Source: Candidatus Parvarchaeota archaeon (lineage in GTDB: Archaea > Nanobdellota > Nanobdellia > WJKC01). From it: a DNA stretch of 64,000 bases. The translations under genes were made by a program, and so were the position numbers. Below are positions 1-11,016 of the stretch, piece by piece; within the stretch, counting starts at the first letter, position 1; each line of letters starts with the position of its first letter. Under the pieces are notes generated by a model, which worked only from the letters and a program-made list of their open reading frames with translations, was not told the origin of the DNA and ran no database searches. The DNA is taken from the NCBI GenBank assembly GCA_017608505.1, contig JAFCFT010000001.1:5833-69832 (forward strand). The letters run 5' to 3'.

Positions 1-1
1 A

Positions 2-727
2 GATAGGACTGTTGATATTGCTAAAAGATACGCGAAAGTATATATTTATGGACCAGATCAATCAAAAGAAAGAGTTTTTGGTGGTCCTTACCAGAGAAAT
101 TATGGTGTTTCAAAAGCAAAGGGTAAATATATTTATTATGTTGATTCTGATATGGAATTAACGCCAAATGTAATTAAAGATTGTGTTTATTTAATAAATA
201 AAAAGAATGCTGATGCAGTAATCGTCCCTGAGGAATCGTTTGGTAAAAGTTTTTGGGCTAAGTGTAAATGGTTAGAAAGAAGATGCTATTGGGGTGATGA
301 TTTGATTGAAGCTCCAAGATTTATTAAGAGGGATGTTTGGAATAAATTAGGTGGTTTAGATGTCAAATTAGGTGGAGGTGACGATTGGGATTTCCACAGG
401 AGATTAAAATTGAATGGTTATAAAATAGTAAGGACTAAAGAACTTGTAATGCATAATGAAGGTGAATTAACTTTAAGAAAATTATTTAAAAAGAAATTTA
501 TCTATGGTAAAACAGTTACTAATTATTTTAAAAAGCATAAAGATAAAAGTACAAATATTAAACAATTTACTATCTTTAGAAAAGCTTACTTTAAAAATTT
601 GAAACTCTTTTTAAAACATCCAATACTTTCTATTGGTTTTTTAATTATGAGGTTTACTGAATATTTCGCTGCATTGTCAGGGATAATTTATTCAAAATTT
701 CATAAGACTACTGCGGTGATTAAATGA
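2..727 (+). CDS. Family-2 glycosyltransferase (GT2), 5' end cut by window edge
   Basis: Frame open from base 2 (DRTVDIAKRYAKVYIYGP...QRNYGVSKAKGKYIYYVDSDMEL): GT-A core with DxD-type DSD. Hydrophobic C-terminal anchor. Stop overlaps next start (ATGA at 724-727). Confidence 0.75.
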   Translation, partial: DRTVDIAKRYAKVYIYGPDQSKERVFGGPYQRNYGVSKAKGKYIYYVDSDMELTPNVIKDCVYLINKKNADAVIVPEESFGKSFWAKCKWLERRCYWGDDLIEAPRFIKRDVWNKLGGLDVKLGGGDDWDFHRRLKLNGYKIVRTKELVMHNEGELTLRKLFKKKFIYGKTVTNYFKKHKDKSTNIKQFTIFRKAYFKNLKLFLKHPILSIGFLIMRFTEYFAALSGIIYSKFHKTTAVIK

Positions 728-1893
728 GAATTGCAATAATGTTGGATAGACTATCACAGGGAGGATATGCAAAAGCAGCTTGCGAAGAAGTTAGAAATTT
801 AAATAAAATGGGGCATAAAGCTGAATTATTAATAATCATGCGTGAAAAATATGATGAGTATCGATTTAATGATTTTCTTAAAGGAATAAAAGTGCGTTTT
901 TTATCAGACTATTTTCCAAAAATTTTTAGAAAGTCATTTAAGTTCCCCTTTTTTTCGTTTTTTTCACTTTTTCATTTAACAAGTTCGTTAGTAGTCCACA
1001 AATCTCTAAAGAAAAACGAATTCGACATAATAGTCGCACATGGTACTTACACATATTTTGCAGTACATGCAATATATAAAAAATTAGGGATTCCATATGT
1101 TTTATTCATTTGGGACCCTATAAGTTATATTTTACCAAAAGCGTACAAAAAAGGAAGTGTGTTGAGATTTGTGTTGCCTATATTAACTTTTTTTGGAAAA
1201 AAATTAGATAAAAAAATAATAAAGGATTCTCTAGGCATTATTACTTGTTCAAAGGTCCATATGAATTTTTTCAAGCAATTATCTAAAAATAAAGTGTATG
1301 TTTCTTATCCTGGCTGTTTTCCAATGAGTAAAATAACTCCACCTGGAGATTACATACTTGCGGTTACTAAATGGGATATAGGGAAAAGACCAGATATAAT
1401 TCTTGATGCTTATAAATTACTACCTAAAAAACTTAAATTAATTGTTGCTGGATTTTGGGTTAGAAAATCAGTAAAAGACGATTTTCTTAAAAAAGTAAAT
1501 GACTATGGTTTATCAGATTGGGTTGAAGTACAAGGACCAGCTGACAAGAAAAAATTAAGGGAGTTGTATTCTAATGCAAGAATATTAATACATCCTTTAT
1601 TCGAGGCTTTTGGGATGATTTGTTTAGAGGCGGCTGAATGTGGTTGTTCTTTTATAATACCTAAGGGTTCTGGTGTTAATGACATATTCAGTAGTGATGA
1701 AGCTTTTTTTCCTAAGGAACATGATGTGATTTCATATGCCAAATATTTATCTATGGTTATAAATAATAAAAAATTAGCAGAAGTTATGGGTAAAAGAGCA
1801 TGGCATAAATCGAAAAAATATACATGGATGGAACATACAAAATCTTTATTAAAGTGTGTAAATAGTGTATTAAAATGCACAAGAAAAAGATAA
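724..1893 (+). CDS. Family-4 glycosyltransferase (GT4, GT-B fold)
   Basis: C-terminal Glycos_transf_1-type signature HPLFEAFGMICLEAAECGCSFIIP (E-x7-E). ATGA coupling to upstream GT2. Confidence 0.75.
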   Translation: MRIAIMLDRLSQGGYAKAACEEVRNLNKMGHKAELLIIMREKYDEYRFNDFLKGIKVRFLSDYFPKIFRKSFKFPFFSFFSLFHLTSSLVVHKSLKKNEFDIIVAHGTYTYFAVHAIYKKLGIPYVLFIWDPISYILPKAYKKGSVLRFVLPILTFFGKKLDKKIIKDSLGIITCSKVHMNFFKQLSKNKVYVSYPGCFPMSKITPPGDYILAVTKWDIGKRPDIILDAYKLLPKKLKLIVAGFWVRKSVKDDFLKKVNDYGLSDWVEVQGPADKKKLRELYSNARILIHPLFEAFGMICLEAAECGCSFIIPKGSGVNDIFSSDEAFFPKEHDVISYAKYLSMVINNKKLAEVMGKRAWHKSKKYTWMEHTKSLLKCVNSVLKCTRKR

Positions 1894-3077
1894 GAATCTT
1901 AGTGTTGTCCTGGCATCCAGAATCTAGAAATTTAATTGCAGGTGGTTTTGTTAAAGCACAAGAAATACTAAAAAGGCGTCCAAAAAATGTTAAAGTATTA
2001 TTAATTGACAAAAAAGGTTCTCTATTAAGATGTGATAAGAGAATTGAGTACTCAATTCCAAGAGGAATAATAAAAATTAGAGATAGGTCATTTATCTTGG
2101 GAAGAGTTTTAGAATGGTTCTACGTTTTTTTATATTTGCTTTATAAGCAAATTTCATTAAATAAATATTATGATGTTGTATATATTCCAACAGCCGAATT
2201 AACTTTTTTAACTCTGTCTGCTGTTATTTCTAAGTTGTTTACAAGAAAAAAAATTATTGCAGATATTCTAAATATTAAAATATTTGGTGGTAATGTTATT
2301 GGTTTTTACCGCATTTTAAGATCAAGAGGATATTCTACTTTTTCTTCTTTAGTTGGTTCTATTGGTACTTTTATTTCAAGAAAATTACTAATATGGTCTA
2401 TAAATAACGCGGATAAAGTTTTAACGATCAGTAAAGATTTAAAAAAAGATTTAACGCGTTATGGCGTGAAAAAAAATATATCAGTCATCCCTGTTGGGAT
2501 AGACATTGCTCTGTATAAAAAAATTAAAAAGCAAAAAAAAATATACGACGCAATTTTTATTGGCAGGCATACTCCTGAAAAAGGCATATTTGATTTAATT
2601 GATGTCTGGAAACTTGTTGTTAAAAAGAAAAAAGATGCTAAGTTAGTTATGGCTGGTTTATGCGATAGTGTTACAAAAGATAAATTAAAAAGGCTTATTA
2701 AAAAAAATAAATTGGAAGATAATGTCTTTTTGATGGGCGAAGTTACCGAATCAAGTAAAATTAAACTTCTCAAACAAAGCAAAACACTTTTATTTTTAAG
2801 CCACATAGAAGGTTGGGGAATCGTTCCATTTGAAGGTCTTGCTTGTGGGCTTCCAGTAATTGCCTATAATCTTCCAGTTTATAAAGAGACAATTAAAGAG
2901 TGTAAGTCCGTCTTTCTTTTTAAAAAAAAGGATTATGCAAATATTTCTAAAAAAGTAGTTAATTTATCAAAAAAATATTCGAAATATAGATTTGAAAGTA
3001 TCTCTTATGTTAAAACTTATTCATGGGATAAAATTAGTGTAAAACAATATTCAGTAATGACTTGTGATTTTAAATGA
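1875..3077 (+). CDS. Family-4 glycosyltransferase (GT4)
   Basis: FIGRHTPEKGI...SHIEGWGIVPFEGLACGLPVIAYN (E-x7-E motif). Overlaps upstream gene by 19 nt. Confidence 0.75.
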   Translation: MHKKKIRILVLSWHPESRNLIAGGFVKAQEILKRRPKNVKVLLIDKKGSLLRCDKRIEYSIPRGIIKIRDRSFILGRVLEWFYVFLYLLYKQISLNKYYDVVYIPTAELTFLTLSAVISKLFTRKKIIADILNIKIFGGNVIGFYRILRSRGYSTFSSLVGSIGTFISRKLLIWSINNADKVLTISKDLKKDLTRYGVKKNISVIPVGIDIALYKKIKKQKKIYDAIFIGRHTPEKGIFDLIDVWKLVVKKKKDAKLVMAGLCDSVTKDKLKRLIKKNKLEDNVFLMGEVTESSKIKLLKQSKTLLFLSHIEGWGIVPFEGLACGLPVIAYNLPVYKETIKECKSVFLFKKKDYANISKKVVNLSKKYSKYRFESISYVKTYSWDKISVKQYSVMTCDFK

Positions 3078-3141
3078 TTATGGTCTGTTATGAATCAAGA
3101 TCAACATTAGAAAATTAAGATTCTAATTACATGCTCAATTA

Positions 3142-3924
3142 TTAAATTTTTTTTGCCGAGATAATGATTCCAGCATCTAAAATTCTAAACCTGTGGAATA
3201 TCGAGTCAAGCAGTATTATAATACCTAATAGCGTTAAATGATTATCAAAAAATGAATTGCCTCCAAATATTGCAACACCTTCATTTTTAGTTATTTTGAA
3301 ATTATTCCGTTTTAGTAAACTGACTAGTTCTTTATTAGACATTACAGATATATGTCCTTCTTCGTCCCATACCTCTTTAGTGATGTTCTTTCCCAAGCGA
3401 TAAAATTCGTATGCTCTATATTTGTCAATGTTAATTATCTTGTTTAGTTTAAGTTTCTCTATTAATTGGTTTTTATTTGGTGTGGTGATTATTAGCGTAC
3501 CGCCTTTTTTTAATTTTAAATAGCACTGTTTTATGAGTTTTTCTGGATCCTTAATATGTTCGATAACCTCTGAACACAGTATTACATCAAAAAAACAATT
3601 CTTGTAAGGAAGTTTTTTATTTAAATCTCCAACTTTAAATTTTACATTTTTAAAATTTCTAAATCTTGCTAGCTCTTTTGCTCTCTTTATTGCATTTTTT
3701 GAAATATCGATTCCATAAAAATCTATATTTTTATTGTTCAAGCCAAGCATGAAAATATCTGTTCCTATATAGCAACCCATATCTAAAACTTTAATTTTTT
3801 TCTTGTTTTCGATTGTTTTATCAAATATGTCTTTAATTTTTCTTTTTAATCTATTTGTAAAATAAATTTCTGATACTGTTCTGTAAAAACTTGTTCCTTC
3901 GCATATTTTATTATAATCTAACAT
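3142..3924 (-). CDS. Class I SAM-dependent methyltransferase
   Basis: Motif I VLDMGCYIGTD, post-I YGIDIS, DVILCSEVIEHI, GGTLIITTPN. Sits inside the GT cluster. Confidence 0.75.
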   Translation of the reverse strand: MLDYNKICEGTSFYRTVSEIYFTNRLKRKIKDIFDKTIENKKKIKVLDMGCYIGTDIFMLGLNNKNIDFYGIDISKNAIKRAKELARFRNFKNVKFKVGDLNKKLPYKNCFFDVILCSEVIEHIKDPEKLIKQCYLKLKKGGTLIITTPNKNQLIEKLKLNKIINIDKYRAYEFYRLGKNITKEVWDEEGHISVMSNKELVSLLKRNNFKITKNEGVAIFGGNSFFDNHLTLLGIIILLDSIFHRFRILDAGIIISAKKI

Positions 3925-5039
3925 TTTAATACCTCCTTAAACATTTTATTGAATCCCTTTGCCGTGTTACTAACAGAAAAATTATTTTCAACGAATTTCC
4001 TTCCATATATGCCTTTCTTAATAATAAATTTATAATCCTTTCTCCATTTATTATAAACATATTGGATTTTGTTAGCTAATTCTTTAGCATTTAATTCTTT
4101 TAGAAACCACCCATTTTTCCCATTTAAGATTAATTTATTTGGTCCAGGAATATTTGAGCTAATTACTGGTAATCCGCAGGAGTTTGCTTCTGTTATAATT
4201 AAGCCGAATGTTTCTTGCCTAGAAGGTGCCAATAATACATCATTGTTCTGATATATTTTAACAATATCATCTACGAATCCTAAATAATTAACTTTGTCAT
4301 TTTTGGCAAGCTCTTCAACCAATCTTCTTTTTTCACCCGATCCAACAATATTAAATTCAACTTTTGCTTCTGGATTTTCTTCTAAAAATCTTTTAATGCC
4401 CTCCACTAATATGTCAACTCCTTTTTGTTCAGCAAGTCTTCCAACGAATAGAAATTTTAGTCTTGAAGTTTTTTTAAATTTTTTCAATTTAAAATCGTCT
4501 GTATTACTTCCTGAAGGAATGTAGTATACTTTTTTAATACCCCATTTTTTCATAATATTTTTGTCCTTATCATTTAAAACATGAATTGCATCAAATTTTT
4601 TAAGCACCCTTTTTGTAATTAATTTGACGTATGTATTGTGAATTTTGTTTTCAAAGAAGAGTGGGGCATGGATACCACATATCATTGGTTTTTTTACTTT
4701 TCTTTTAACGAGATACATTAATATATCTTGGAATATAAACGAGAAATTAAAATACAAAAGATCATACTCTTTAAAGATATTTGCTATTTCTTTGATATTG
4801 TGTACTTTTGGTAGCAATATATTATTCCTAACAAATTCATTGATTCTGTAATGTTTTACATTTTTTATTTTTCCTTTAACTTCTTTATCACTCCATCTTT
4901 TAATAGGGATGAAATTTGTGTCGATTATGTCTATTTGCATATTATATTTATTGATTAAAATATTTGACAGTTCTGAAAACCAATTTTCACACCCGCCACC
5001 ATAGTTTAATGACATAGGTGTATAAAATATGGCTTTCAT
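3918..5039 (-). CDS. Family-4 glycosyltransferase (GT4)
   Basis: FVGRLAEQKGVDIL...PSRQETFGLIITEANSCGLPVISS (E-x7-E). Confidence 0.8.
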   Translation of the reverse strand: MKAIFYTPMSLNYGGGCENWFSELSNILINKYNMQIDIIDTNFIPIKRWSDKEVKGKIKNVKHYRINEFVRNNILLPKVHNIKEIANIFKEYDLLYFNFSFIFQDILMYLVKRKVKKPMICGIHAPLFFENKIHNTYVKLITKRVLKKFDAIHVLNDKDKNIMKKWGIKKVYYIPSGSNTDDFKLKKFKKTSRLKFLFVGRLAEQKGVDILVEGIKRFLEENPEAKVEFNIVGSGEKRRLVEELAKNDKVNYLGFVDDIVKIYQNNDVLLAPSRQETFGLIITEANSCGLPVISSNIPGPNKLILNGKNGWFLKELNAKELANKIQYVYNKWRKDYKFIIKKGIYGRKFVENNFSVSNTAKGFNKMFKEVLKC

Positions 5040-5293
5040 TTTTCACCACCTGTTTTAAATATTCTGCTGATTATATTTTTTTTCATTTAAATGAATGTTT
5101 ATATGCTCTTTAACAATGAAATTTTTTAATATTTTTGATTTTTTGCTATTTAAAATTTTTTAAAAAGTTTTAAGCTAATAAAAAAGAAAAGACTTTAAAT
5201 AGAATTTATTGTTGCGGGTTTTAGAAATTTATATAAGGTTTTTGAAGAATTAAACATATTCGACGCTAGTAAAAAAATTTGGCCTGATGTATT

Positions 5294-7930
5294 ATGCATA
5301 AAAAAAATTTAGAACTGTTTGTATTATGTTTCTTTGTTATTATCCTATATTTTAATAAAATTTATTTTAATTTAGAACCTATTACGTGGGGCGATTGGTC
5401 TTTTGGATTTAATAACAAACTAAAGGATTATTTTAGAATGCCATCTGCATGGGATAATTCTGTGAATGGAGGTTATCCTACATTTATTAATTTGTATTAT
5501 TATCCCATGTTTTTTTTATTTTCACTAATAGGACTTCTAGGATTTGATTCATCAGTAACTACTCGTTTATTTTTTTATTGGCCATACCCTATTGTATCTA
5601 TAATTTCAATGTATGTTTTTTCCTATTATTTTTTTAAAAATAGAAAAGTAAGTTTTATTGCATCCTTTATTTATTCTATTAATCCTTATTCTTTAGTATT
5701 CTTGTCCGGAGGACATATGACTGTTGGGATGGGAAATGCTTATGCGCCTTTGATTTTGTATTTTTTTATAAAAAGTATTAGAGAAATTAAATTAAAATAT
5801 GTAATCATCTCCGGATTGCTTTCAGAATTCGTTTTTATTTACGAACCAAGAATATTCTTTTTAATATTTTTGTTTCTTTTATTACCATTTTGTTTATTTT
5901 ATTCAATAAATAAAAAATTTAATTTAAAAAAATTATTTTTTAATACTAAAGTTCTAGTTGGGATCATATTTATTTTATTATTAACTAATTTTTATTGGAT
6001 TTTGCCCCTCATAAGATTTGGTCAAGCGGAATTATTTAATTTTCCAGAGGGTTATAAACAACCCACATGGGTAAGTGCTTTAAGTTATTCTAATTTTTAC
6101 AATATGTTTTTCTTTGTATCAGAATTTTGGTTGTCTAATAATTGGTGGGGTGTTTTTAGTGAGAGATCATTACCAATAATTTATGTTATGTCTCCTATTT
6201 TTTTAATAATGCCTGTTTTATTATTTCTTCCTATTTATAAAATGAAAGATAAAAAAATAATATTTTTAACTATTCTATTGTTAATTTCTTTTTTTTTGGT
6301 GATTGCAGCAAATTCACCCCTAAAATTTTTATACATTCTCTTATTTTTGTTTCTTCCCGGATTTAACATGTTTAGAGACCCTTCTAAATTTTATTTAGTA
6401 TATAATTTTGCTGGTTCCATATTGATTGGTTTTGGTGTTATGATTCTTTTTAAATTTTTAAAAAGAAAATTAAATATCAAAAAATTTGGTTTTTTGTTTA
6501 ACAACTATCATATACTTTGGATTATGTTGTATATAGTTATGTTGTTGCCAGCTACATTAGAATTACCTTACGGAATGTTTAGTACACATCCATATTCTAC
6601 AGAAAAAATTAATATGAAAAATTGGTTGTTAAATAATTCAGCTCCTCATTATAAGACTCTATGGGTTCCTGATTATCAACATTTTATTATGCATGATTCT
6701 TTACATCCTGAAATCTCTCTAAGATCATATAGTTATTTTGGAGAATATATTAAAAGAAATATTGAAAATATTACTATGTTTGGCAAATTACTTTCACCAT
6801 TAAATGTCAGATACATTTTTTTAAGTCCTGACGAAGACGATTATCAATATTCTAATATGAAAAAAAATGATTTTTTAAAAATATTAGAAAAAGATTCGAG
6901 TATTCAAAAAATAAATGATAACATCTTTGAAAATAAATACGCCTTTGATTTATTGTCGCTAAAACCAAACGCATTTTATCTAATTGGTGATTTAGGGTCA
7001 TATATTAAATTATTAAATAAAACAAAATTAAATAATAATGTTGTTATTTTTTTTGGAGAAACTGATTTTGTAAATACGGATACTAATGTAGATTATTACA
7101 TAATCGATAATTCTTCTTGGAGTGCTGACGATTTAATTCTTTCATTAGTTAATGATAGTTATAAAACGTACTTTTGGAATTTGGCTGGTTATTTAACAAG
7201 GAACAATAATATTTTATATAAGGATTTTTACCCTGATGCAAATTATATTTATGGACAATTTTCAAAACATGGCTTGACCAAACATGTTGGAAAAACTATA
7301 TTGAGTATTAAGCATTATGTAAATTCTTCTGGAGTTTATCAAATATGGATTCGCGGATTCTCAGGCATAAATAGGGGCACGATATCTTTTAATGACGCTA
7401 AAATTGTTTTTAATTCTTCATTAAACAAACTAAAATGGTTTTATTTGACTAAAGTTACATTGAATAAGGGTGAAAGTTTTCAATTAAACTTAGAACTTCA
7501 AGGGATTCTTGATCTAGATAGTGTAGCGATAGTTCCTGAAAATATTGTTGAAAATATAAAATCTAAAATAAAACAAAAAATAATTAATCTTTCTGAATTC
7601 GATAATCTATCAAATGAGAATGATGTAATTTCTAAATTAAAATGGTATTATATTTCACCTTCTGAATATAAATTTATAATTGAAAATGCAAGTAGTAAAT
7701 TAATTTTAATATTCGGTAATAATTATAATCCTTATTGGCGAATGTTGATAAATAATGAAACATATCCTTCAATAAAGTGTTATTACACCCTTAATTGCTT
7801 TCCAATTAATATAAGTAGCTCTTACTTAGAAGGGAGAATTTATTTTTTACCTCAAAGTTATGTTGATTTAGGATTCCTGATTTCCATAGTTTCATTTATT
7901 GTGTTGCTTGGTCTTCTGGTTATTTTATAA
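5294..7930 (+). CDS. Large polytopic membrane protein (878 aa), putative GT-C-like glycosyltransferase or glycan polymerase; function unknown
   Basis: About 12+ hydrophobic segments in the first ~430 aa, then a ~400-aa hydrophilic N-x-S/T-rich domain and one terminal TM. The N-terminal block is homologous to ORF 12064-15726 (INPYSLVFLSGGHMTVGMGNAYAPLILYFF vs LNPLVFNKIVAGHVTYLFSYMLAPLLFLAF). Confidence 0.55.
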   Translation: MHKKNLELFVLCFFVIILYFNKIYFNLEPITWGDWSFGFNNKLKDYFRMPSAWDNSVNGGYPTFINLYYYPMFFLFSLIGLLGFDSSVTTRLFFYWPYPIVSIISMYVFSYYFFKNRKVSFIASFIYSINPYSLVFLSGGHMTVGMGNAYAPLILYFFIKSIREIKLKYVIISGLLSEFVFIYEPRIFFLIFLFLLLPFCLFYSINKKFNLKKLFFNTKVLVGIIFILLLTNFYWILPLIRFGQAELFNFPEGYKQPTWVSALSYSNFYNMFFFVSEFWLSNNWWGVFSERSLPIIYVMSPIFLIMPVLLFLPIYKMKDKKIIFLTILLLISFFLVIAANSPLKFLYILLFLFLPGFNMFRDPSKFYLVYNFAGSILIGFGVMILFKFLKRKLNIKKFGFLFNNYHILWIMLYIVMLLPATLELPYGMFSTHPYSTEKINMKNWLLNNSAPHYKTLWVPDYQHFIMHDSLHPEISLRSYSYFGEYIKRNIENITMFGKLLSPLNVRYIFLSPDEDDYQYSNMKKNDFLKILEKDSSIQKINDNIFENKYAFDLLSLKPNAFYLIGDLGSYIKLLNKTKLNNNVVIFFGETDFVNTDTNVDYYIIDNSSWSADDLILSLVNDSYKTYFWNLAGYLTRNNNILYKDFYPDANYIYGQFSKHGLTKHVGKTILSIKHYVNSSGVYQIWIRGFSGINRGTISFNDAKIVFNSSLNKLKWFYLTKVTLNKGESFQLNLELQGILDLDSVAIVPENIVENIKSKIKQKIINLSEFDNLSNENDVISKLKWYYISPSEYKFIIENASSKLILIFGNNYNPYWRMLINNETYPSIKCYYTLNCFPINISSSYLEGRIYFLPQSYVDLGFLISIVSFIVLLGLLVIL

Positions 7931-9073
7931 AAGTTTTTTGTATATTTCAAAAATTTTATCAGCAGTATATTCTATTGTATATTTTTTTAATAATTTTTTA
8001 GCTTCAACGACCAACTTTTTCCCAAGCTGTTCGTTTTCTAATAATTTTAATATTTTATTAGATAGATCATTCACGCTGTCGTATTTAAATAATAAAGCGG
8101 TTTTGTTATTAAAAAACCCATTTGTATAGAAACTCTTAGGAATTATTATTGGTGTATTATTGGCTATTGCTTCAAAGCCAACTTTGTTTGGTTGAGATAT
8201 TCCTGGATCACACAGGGCAAATGCTTTTTGCAAATTTTCAAAAACTTTGTTTCTTGGCAAACCCCCTTTAAATTCAACATATTTGGTTAATCCTAATTTT
8301 TTTGTTATATTCAATAATTCTTGTTTGTAAGGACCCTCCCCTATTATTACAACTTTTATTTTCTTTTTTATTTTGCTATTTACTATTTGTAATGACTTTA
8401 TTAACATTTGAAAATTTCTTTCTTTAACTAAAACTCCCACTGCGCAGATGTGTCTTGATTTTTTCTTTTTTATTCTTCCTGAATTTTTAATTAAGGAATT
8501 AGTTATTGTAGGAGATAAAACAATAATTTTATTTTTTGGAATGTTCATCTTTTGGGATACTATCTCTTTCATAAATGGATTATATAAAATTACAATATTC
8601 GCATTTTTGACAGTTCTTTTATAAAGATAGTATAACATGAAATTTTTAATTTTGTAACTAATCTTTTTTGTTTTTTGCAATAGTGGCATTCTAGGTCCAT
8701 ATTGTGGACCCATTACTGTAGATATTTTTGTTTTGAATATAGATAGCAGGTCAAAAGTTCTTGTAAAACATAAAGGACCTATTCTATGGTATATTTTTAT
8801 TTTTTCTTTTTTAATAATCTTCTTTGCTATATAGTATGCTTTTATGTTAAACCACAGTCTTTGGAAAATATTTGGGTCTCGAATATACTTATTAAATATT
8901 TTATAAATTTTCCAATTATTTTTGCCTTTAATTGCGGTGTACCCTGCTATTACATATGGTTTTACTCCTTTTTTTTCTAGTCTACTAATTAGCTCGAAGC
9001 AAGTTCTTCCTTCAGAGTCGTGTATATCGTCCCTATTATGTAGCAAGTAGTTACCAACAAAGAGTACTTTCAT
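7925..9073 (-). CDS. Family-4-like glycosyltransferase (divergent)
   Basis: Two-Rossmann GT-B layout: MKVLFVGNY..., VVIIGEGPYKQEL, CDPGISQPNKVGFEAIANNTPIIIP (degenerate E-x7-E). Last gene of a minus-strand operon. Confidence 0.6.
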   Translation of the reverse strand: MKVLFVGNYLLHNRDDIHDSEGRTCFELISRLEKKGVKPYVIAGYTAIKGKNNWKIYKIFNKYIRDPNIFQRLWFNIKAYYIAKKIIKKEKIKIYHRIGPLCFTRTFDLLSIFKTKISTVMGPQYGPRMPLLQKTKKISYKIKNFMLYYLYKRTVKNANIVILYNPFMKEIVSQKMNIPKNKIIVLSPTITNSLIKNSGRIKKKKSRHICAVGVLVKERNFQMLIKSLQIVNSKIKKKIKVVIIGEGPYKQELLNITKKLGLTKYVEFKGGLPRNKVFENLQKAFALCDPGISQPNKVGFEAIANNTPIIIPKSFYTNGFFNNKTALLFKYDSVNDLSNKILKLLENEQLGKKLVVEAKKLLKKYTIEYTADKIFEIYKKLL

Positions 9074-9085
9074 AAAGATTACCTC

Positions 9086-10183
9086 TTATGTTAAGAATTC
9101 TTTTATACACTCACAGATAAATAAGCATTCCTCTTTTTTTAATTCAGGAAACATTGGTAAAGATAAAATTTTCTTAGACAAGTCTTCTGTTATTCTATAA
9201 CTTTTATTATTAAATTCTTTATAAGCGTCTTGTAAGTGTATTGGAATGGGATAATGTATTCCGGTAGATACTCCTTTATTTTGAAGGTATTTTTGGAGTT
9301 CATCTCTATTATTGCACTGTATTACATATAAATGATAAACATGTTCTGAATCTTTATGTTCGAATGGTGTTTTAATAGTATTAATTTCTTTTAGGAGCTT
9401 AGTATACATTTTAGCATTTTCTCTTCTTTTTTCATTCCATTTATCCAAATATTTTAATTTAACATCTAAAATTGCTGCTTGCAGAGTGTCAAGTCTACTA
9501 TTTGTGCCTTTAATTATATGATGATATTTTATTTTTTGACCATAGTTTCTAAGCAATTCTATTTTTTCAGCTAGTTCTTCATTATTTGTTGTCACAGCAC
9601 CACCGTCTCCATACGCTCCCAAGTTTTTCCCGGGATAAAAACTAAAACACGCTATGTCCCCAATACTTCCCACTTTTTTGCCTTTATATTTTGCTCCATG
9701 TGCCTGGCAAGCGTCTTCAATAACAAATAAATCATTTTCTTTCGCAATTTCTAAAATTTCATCCATTCGCGCAGGTTGACCATACAAATGTACTGGAAGG
9801 ATGGCTTTTGTTTTATCCGTTATTGCTTCTTTGATTTTTGAAACATCTATATTATAATCTTTTGGATCTACATCTACGAATACTGGTTTTGCACCACATG
9901 CTGAAATTGCCAAGGCCGTTGCTATATACGAATTCGGAGGAGTAATTACTTCATCTCCTTTGCCAATTCTTATTGCTTTTAATGCAAGAGTTAATGCGTC
10001 TGTGCCGGATCCAACTCCTATACAGTATTTTGTATTACAAAGTTTTGCAAAATTTTTCTCAAAATTAAATACCTCTGGTCCAAGAATAAAACTTGTGCTA
10101 TCAATTACTGATTGGATTGCGCTATTAACTTCTTCTTTAATTGATATATATTGTCTTTTTAGATCAACAAAATTAATTTTCAT
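9086..10183 (-). CDS. DegT/DnrJ/EryC1/StrS-family PLP-dependent sugar aminotransferase (WbpE/GnnB-like)
   Basis: [66 protein letters not shown]; [18 protein letters not shown] (PLP-lysine region). Confidence 0.85.
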   Translation of the reverse strand: MKINFVDLKRQYISIKEEVNSAIQSVIDSTSFILGPEVFNFEKNFAKLCNTKYCIGVGSGTDALTLALKAIRIGKGDEVITPPNSYIATALAISACGAKPVFVDVDPKDYNIDVSKIKEAITDKTKAILPVHLYGQPARMDEILEIAKENDLFVIEDACQAHGAKYKGKKVGSIGDIACFSFYPGKNLGAYGDGGAVTTNNEELAEKIELLRNYGQKIKYHHIIKGTNSRLDTLQAAILDVKLKYLDKWNEKRRENAKMYTKLLKEINTIKTPFEHKDSEHVYHLYVIQCNNRDELQKYLQNKGVSTGIHYPIPIHLQDAYKEFNNKSYRITEDLSKKILSLPMFPELKKEECLFICECIKEFLT

Positions 10184-10185
10184 AG

Positions 10186-10965
10186 TTAATATTCTTTTAT
10201 TCTATTTTCAAGCCATCTTTCTTTAGGTACATTTTTTATTTTTCTTGCTGGATTCCCAACCCACACTTCTCTATCAGGAACATCTTTTGTAACAACAGCC
10301 CCAGCACCAATGACAGCATCTAAGCCTATGGTTATAGCAGATAAGATAGACGCATTTGAGCCTATTGTTGCTCCGTCTTTAACAGTTGCACCTTTGTATA
10401 CGTATTCTACAGTATCCATATATTTATCATTCATAGTACATACTTCTGGTCCAAAAAACACATATCTTCCTATTTTTAAATTTCCTGTTAAGTGACAAGC
10501 AGTTTGTATTTTTGTATGATCCATTATCTCTGTTTCATATTCTATTGTTGTTCCTCTTCCAATTATTACATAATCATGTATGTTACATTTTTCCCTTATT
10601 GACGCTAAGTCCCCAATAAAACATTTATTCCCTATTTTAGTTCCTCCATAGATTATTGATCCTGTTCCTATTAAAGTTCCATATCCAATTTCCGCAATTA
10701 AGAGTTTCTTAGAAGCTTTTCTTGAACTAATCGGACTAGACCTCGGTTGTTTTCCGATGACCACATTATCTTGGACTTCTATGTCCTCCTTCAAAATAGT
10801 TTCTTCTTTTATAACTATATTATTTCCTAAATAACAATTATCTCCAATTATCGCTTTTCTTTCAATAACTACATTAAAACCAAATTTGACATTTTCTCCT
10901 ATCTGCGCGTCTTTATGTATTGCTATGTTTTTGGCAGGTATTATTTTATACTCATCAAATTCCAT
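10186..10965 (-). CDS. Left-handed beta-helix (hexapeptide-repeat) acetyltransferase, WbpD-like
   Basis: Repeated [LIV]G-x4 hexapeptides throughout ([51 protein letters not shown]). 2-nt gap to the aminotransferase. Confidence 0.75.
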   Translation of the reverse strand: MEFDEYKIIPAKNIAIHKDAQIGENVKFGFNVVIERKAIIGDNCYLGNNIVIKEETILKEDIEVQDNVVIGKQPRSSPISSRKASKKLLIAEIGYGTLIGTGSIIYGGTKIGNKCFIGDLASIREKCNIHDYVIIGRGTTIEYETEIMDHTKIQTACHLTGNLKIGRYVFFGPEVCTMNDKYMDTVEYVYKGATVKDGATIGSNASILSAITIGLDAVIGAGAVVTKDVPDREVWVGNPARKIKNVPKERWLENRIKEY

Positions 10966-11016
10966 TTTATAATCGGATAAGTATATTCATTTATAAGTTT
11001 TATTGTTGTAAAGTTT

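Noticed and set aside
5040-5293. The longest intergenic region (254 nt), considered as an ncRNA gene, origin or repeat element
   Set aside because: It contains only AT-rich low-complexity sequence with many TATA-like strings (e.g. TTTATATA at 5228-5235). It has no convincing stem-loops, C/D-box motifs or ordered repeats, and is best explained as divergent promoters. The same conclusion applies to 53498-53701.
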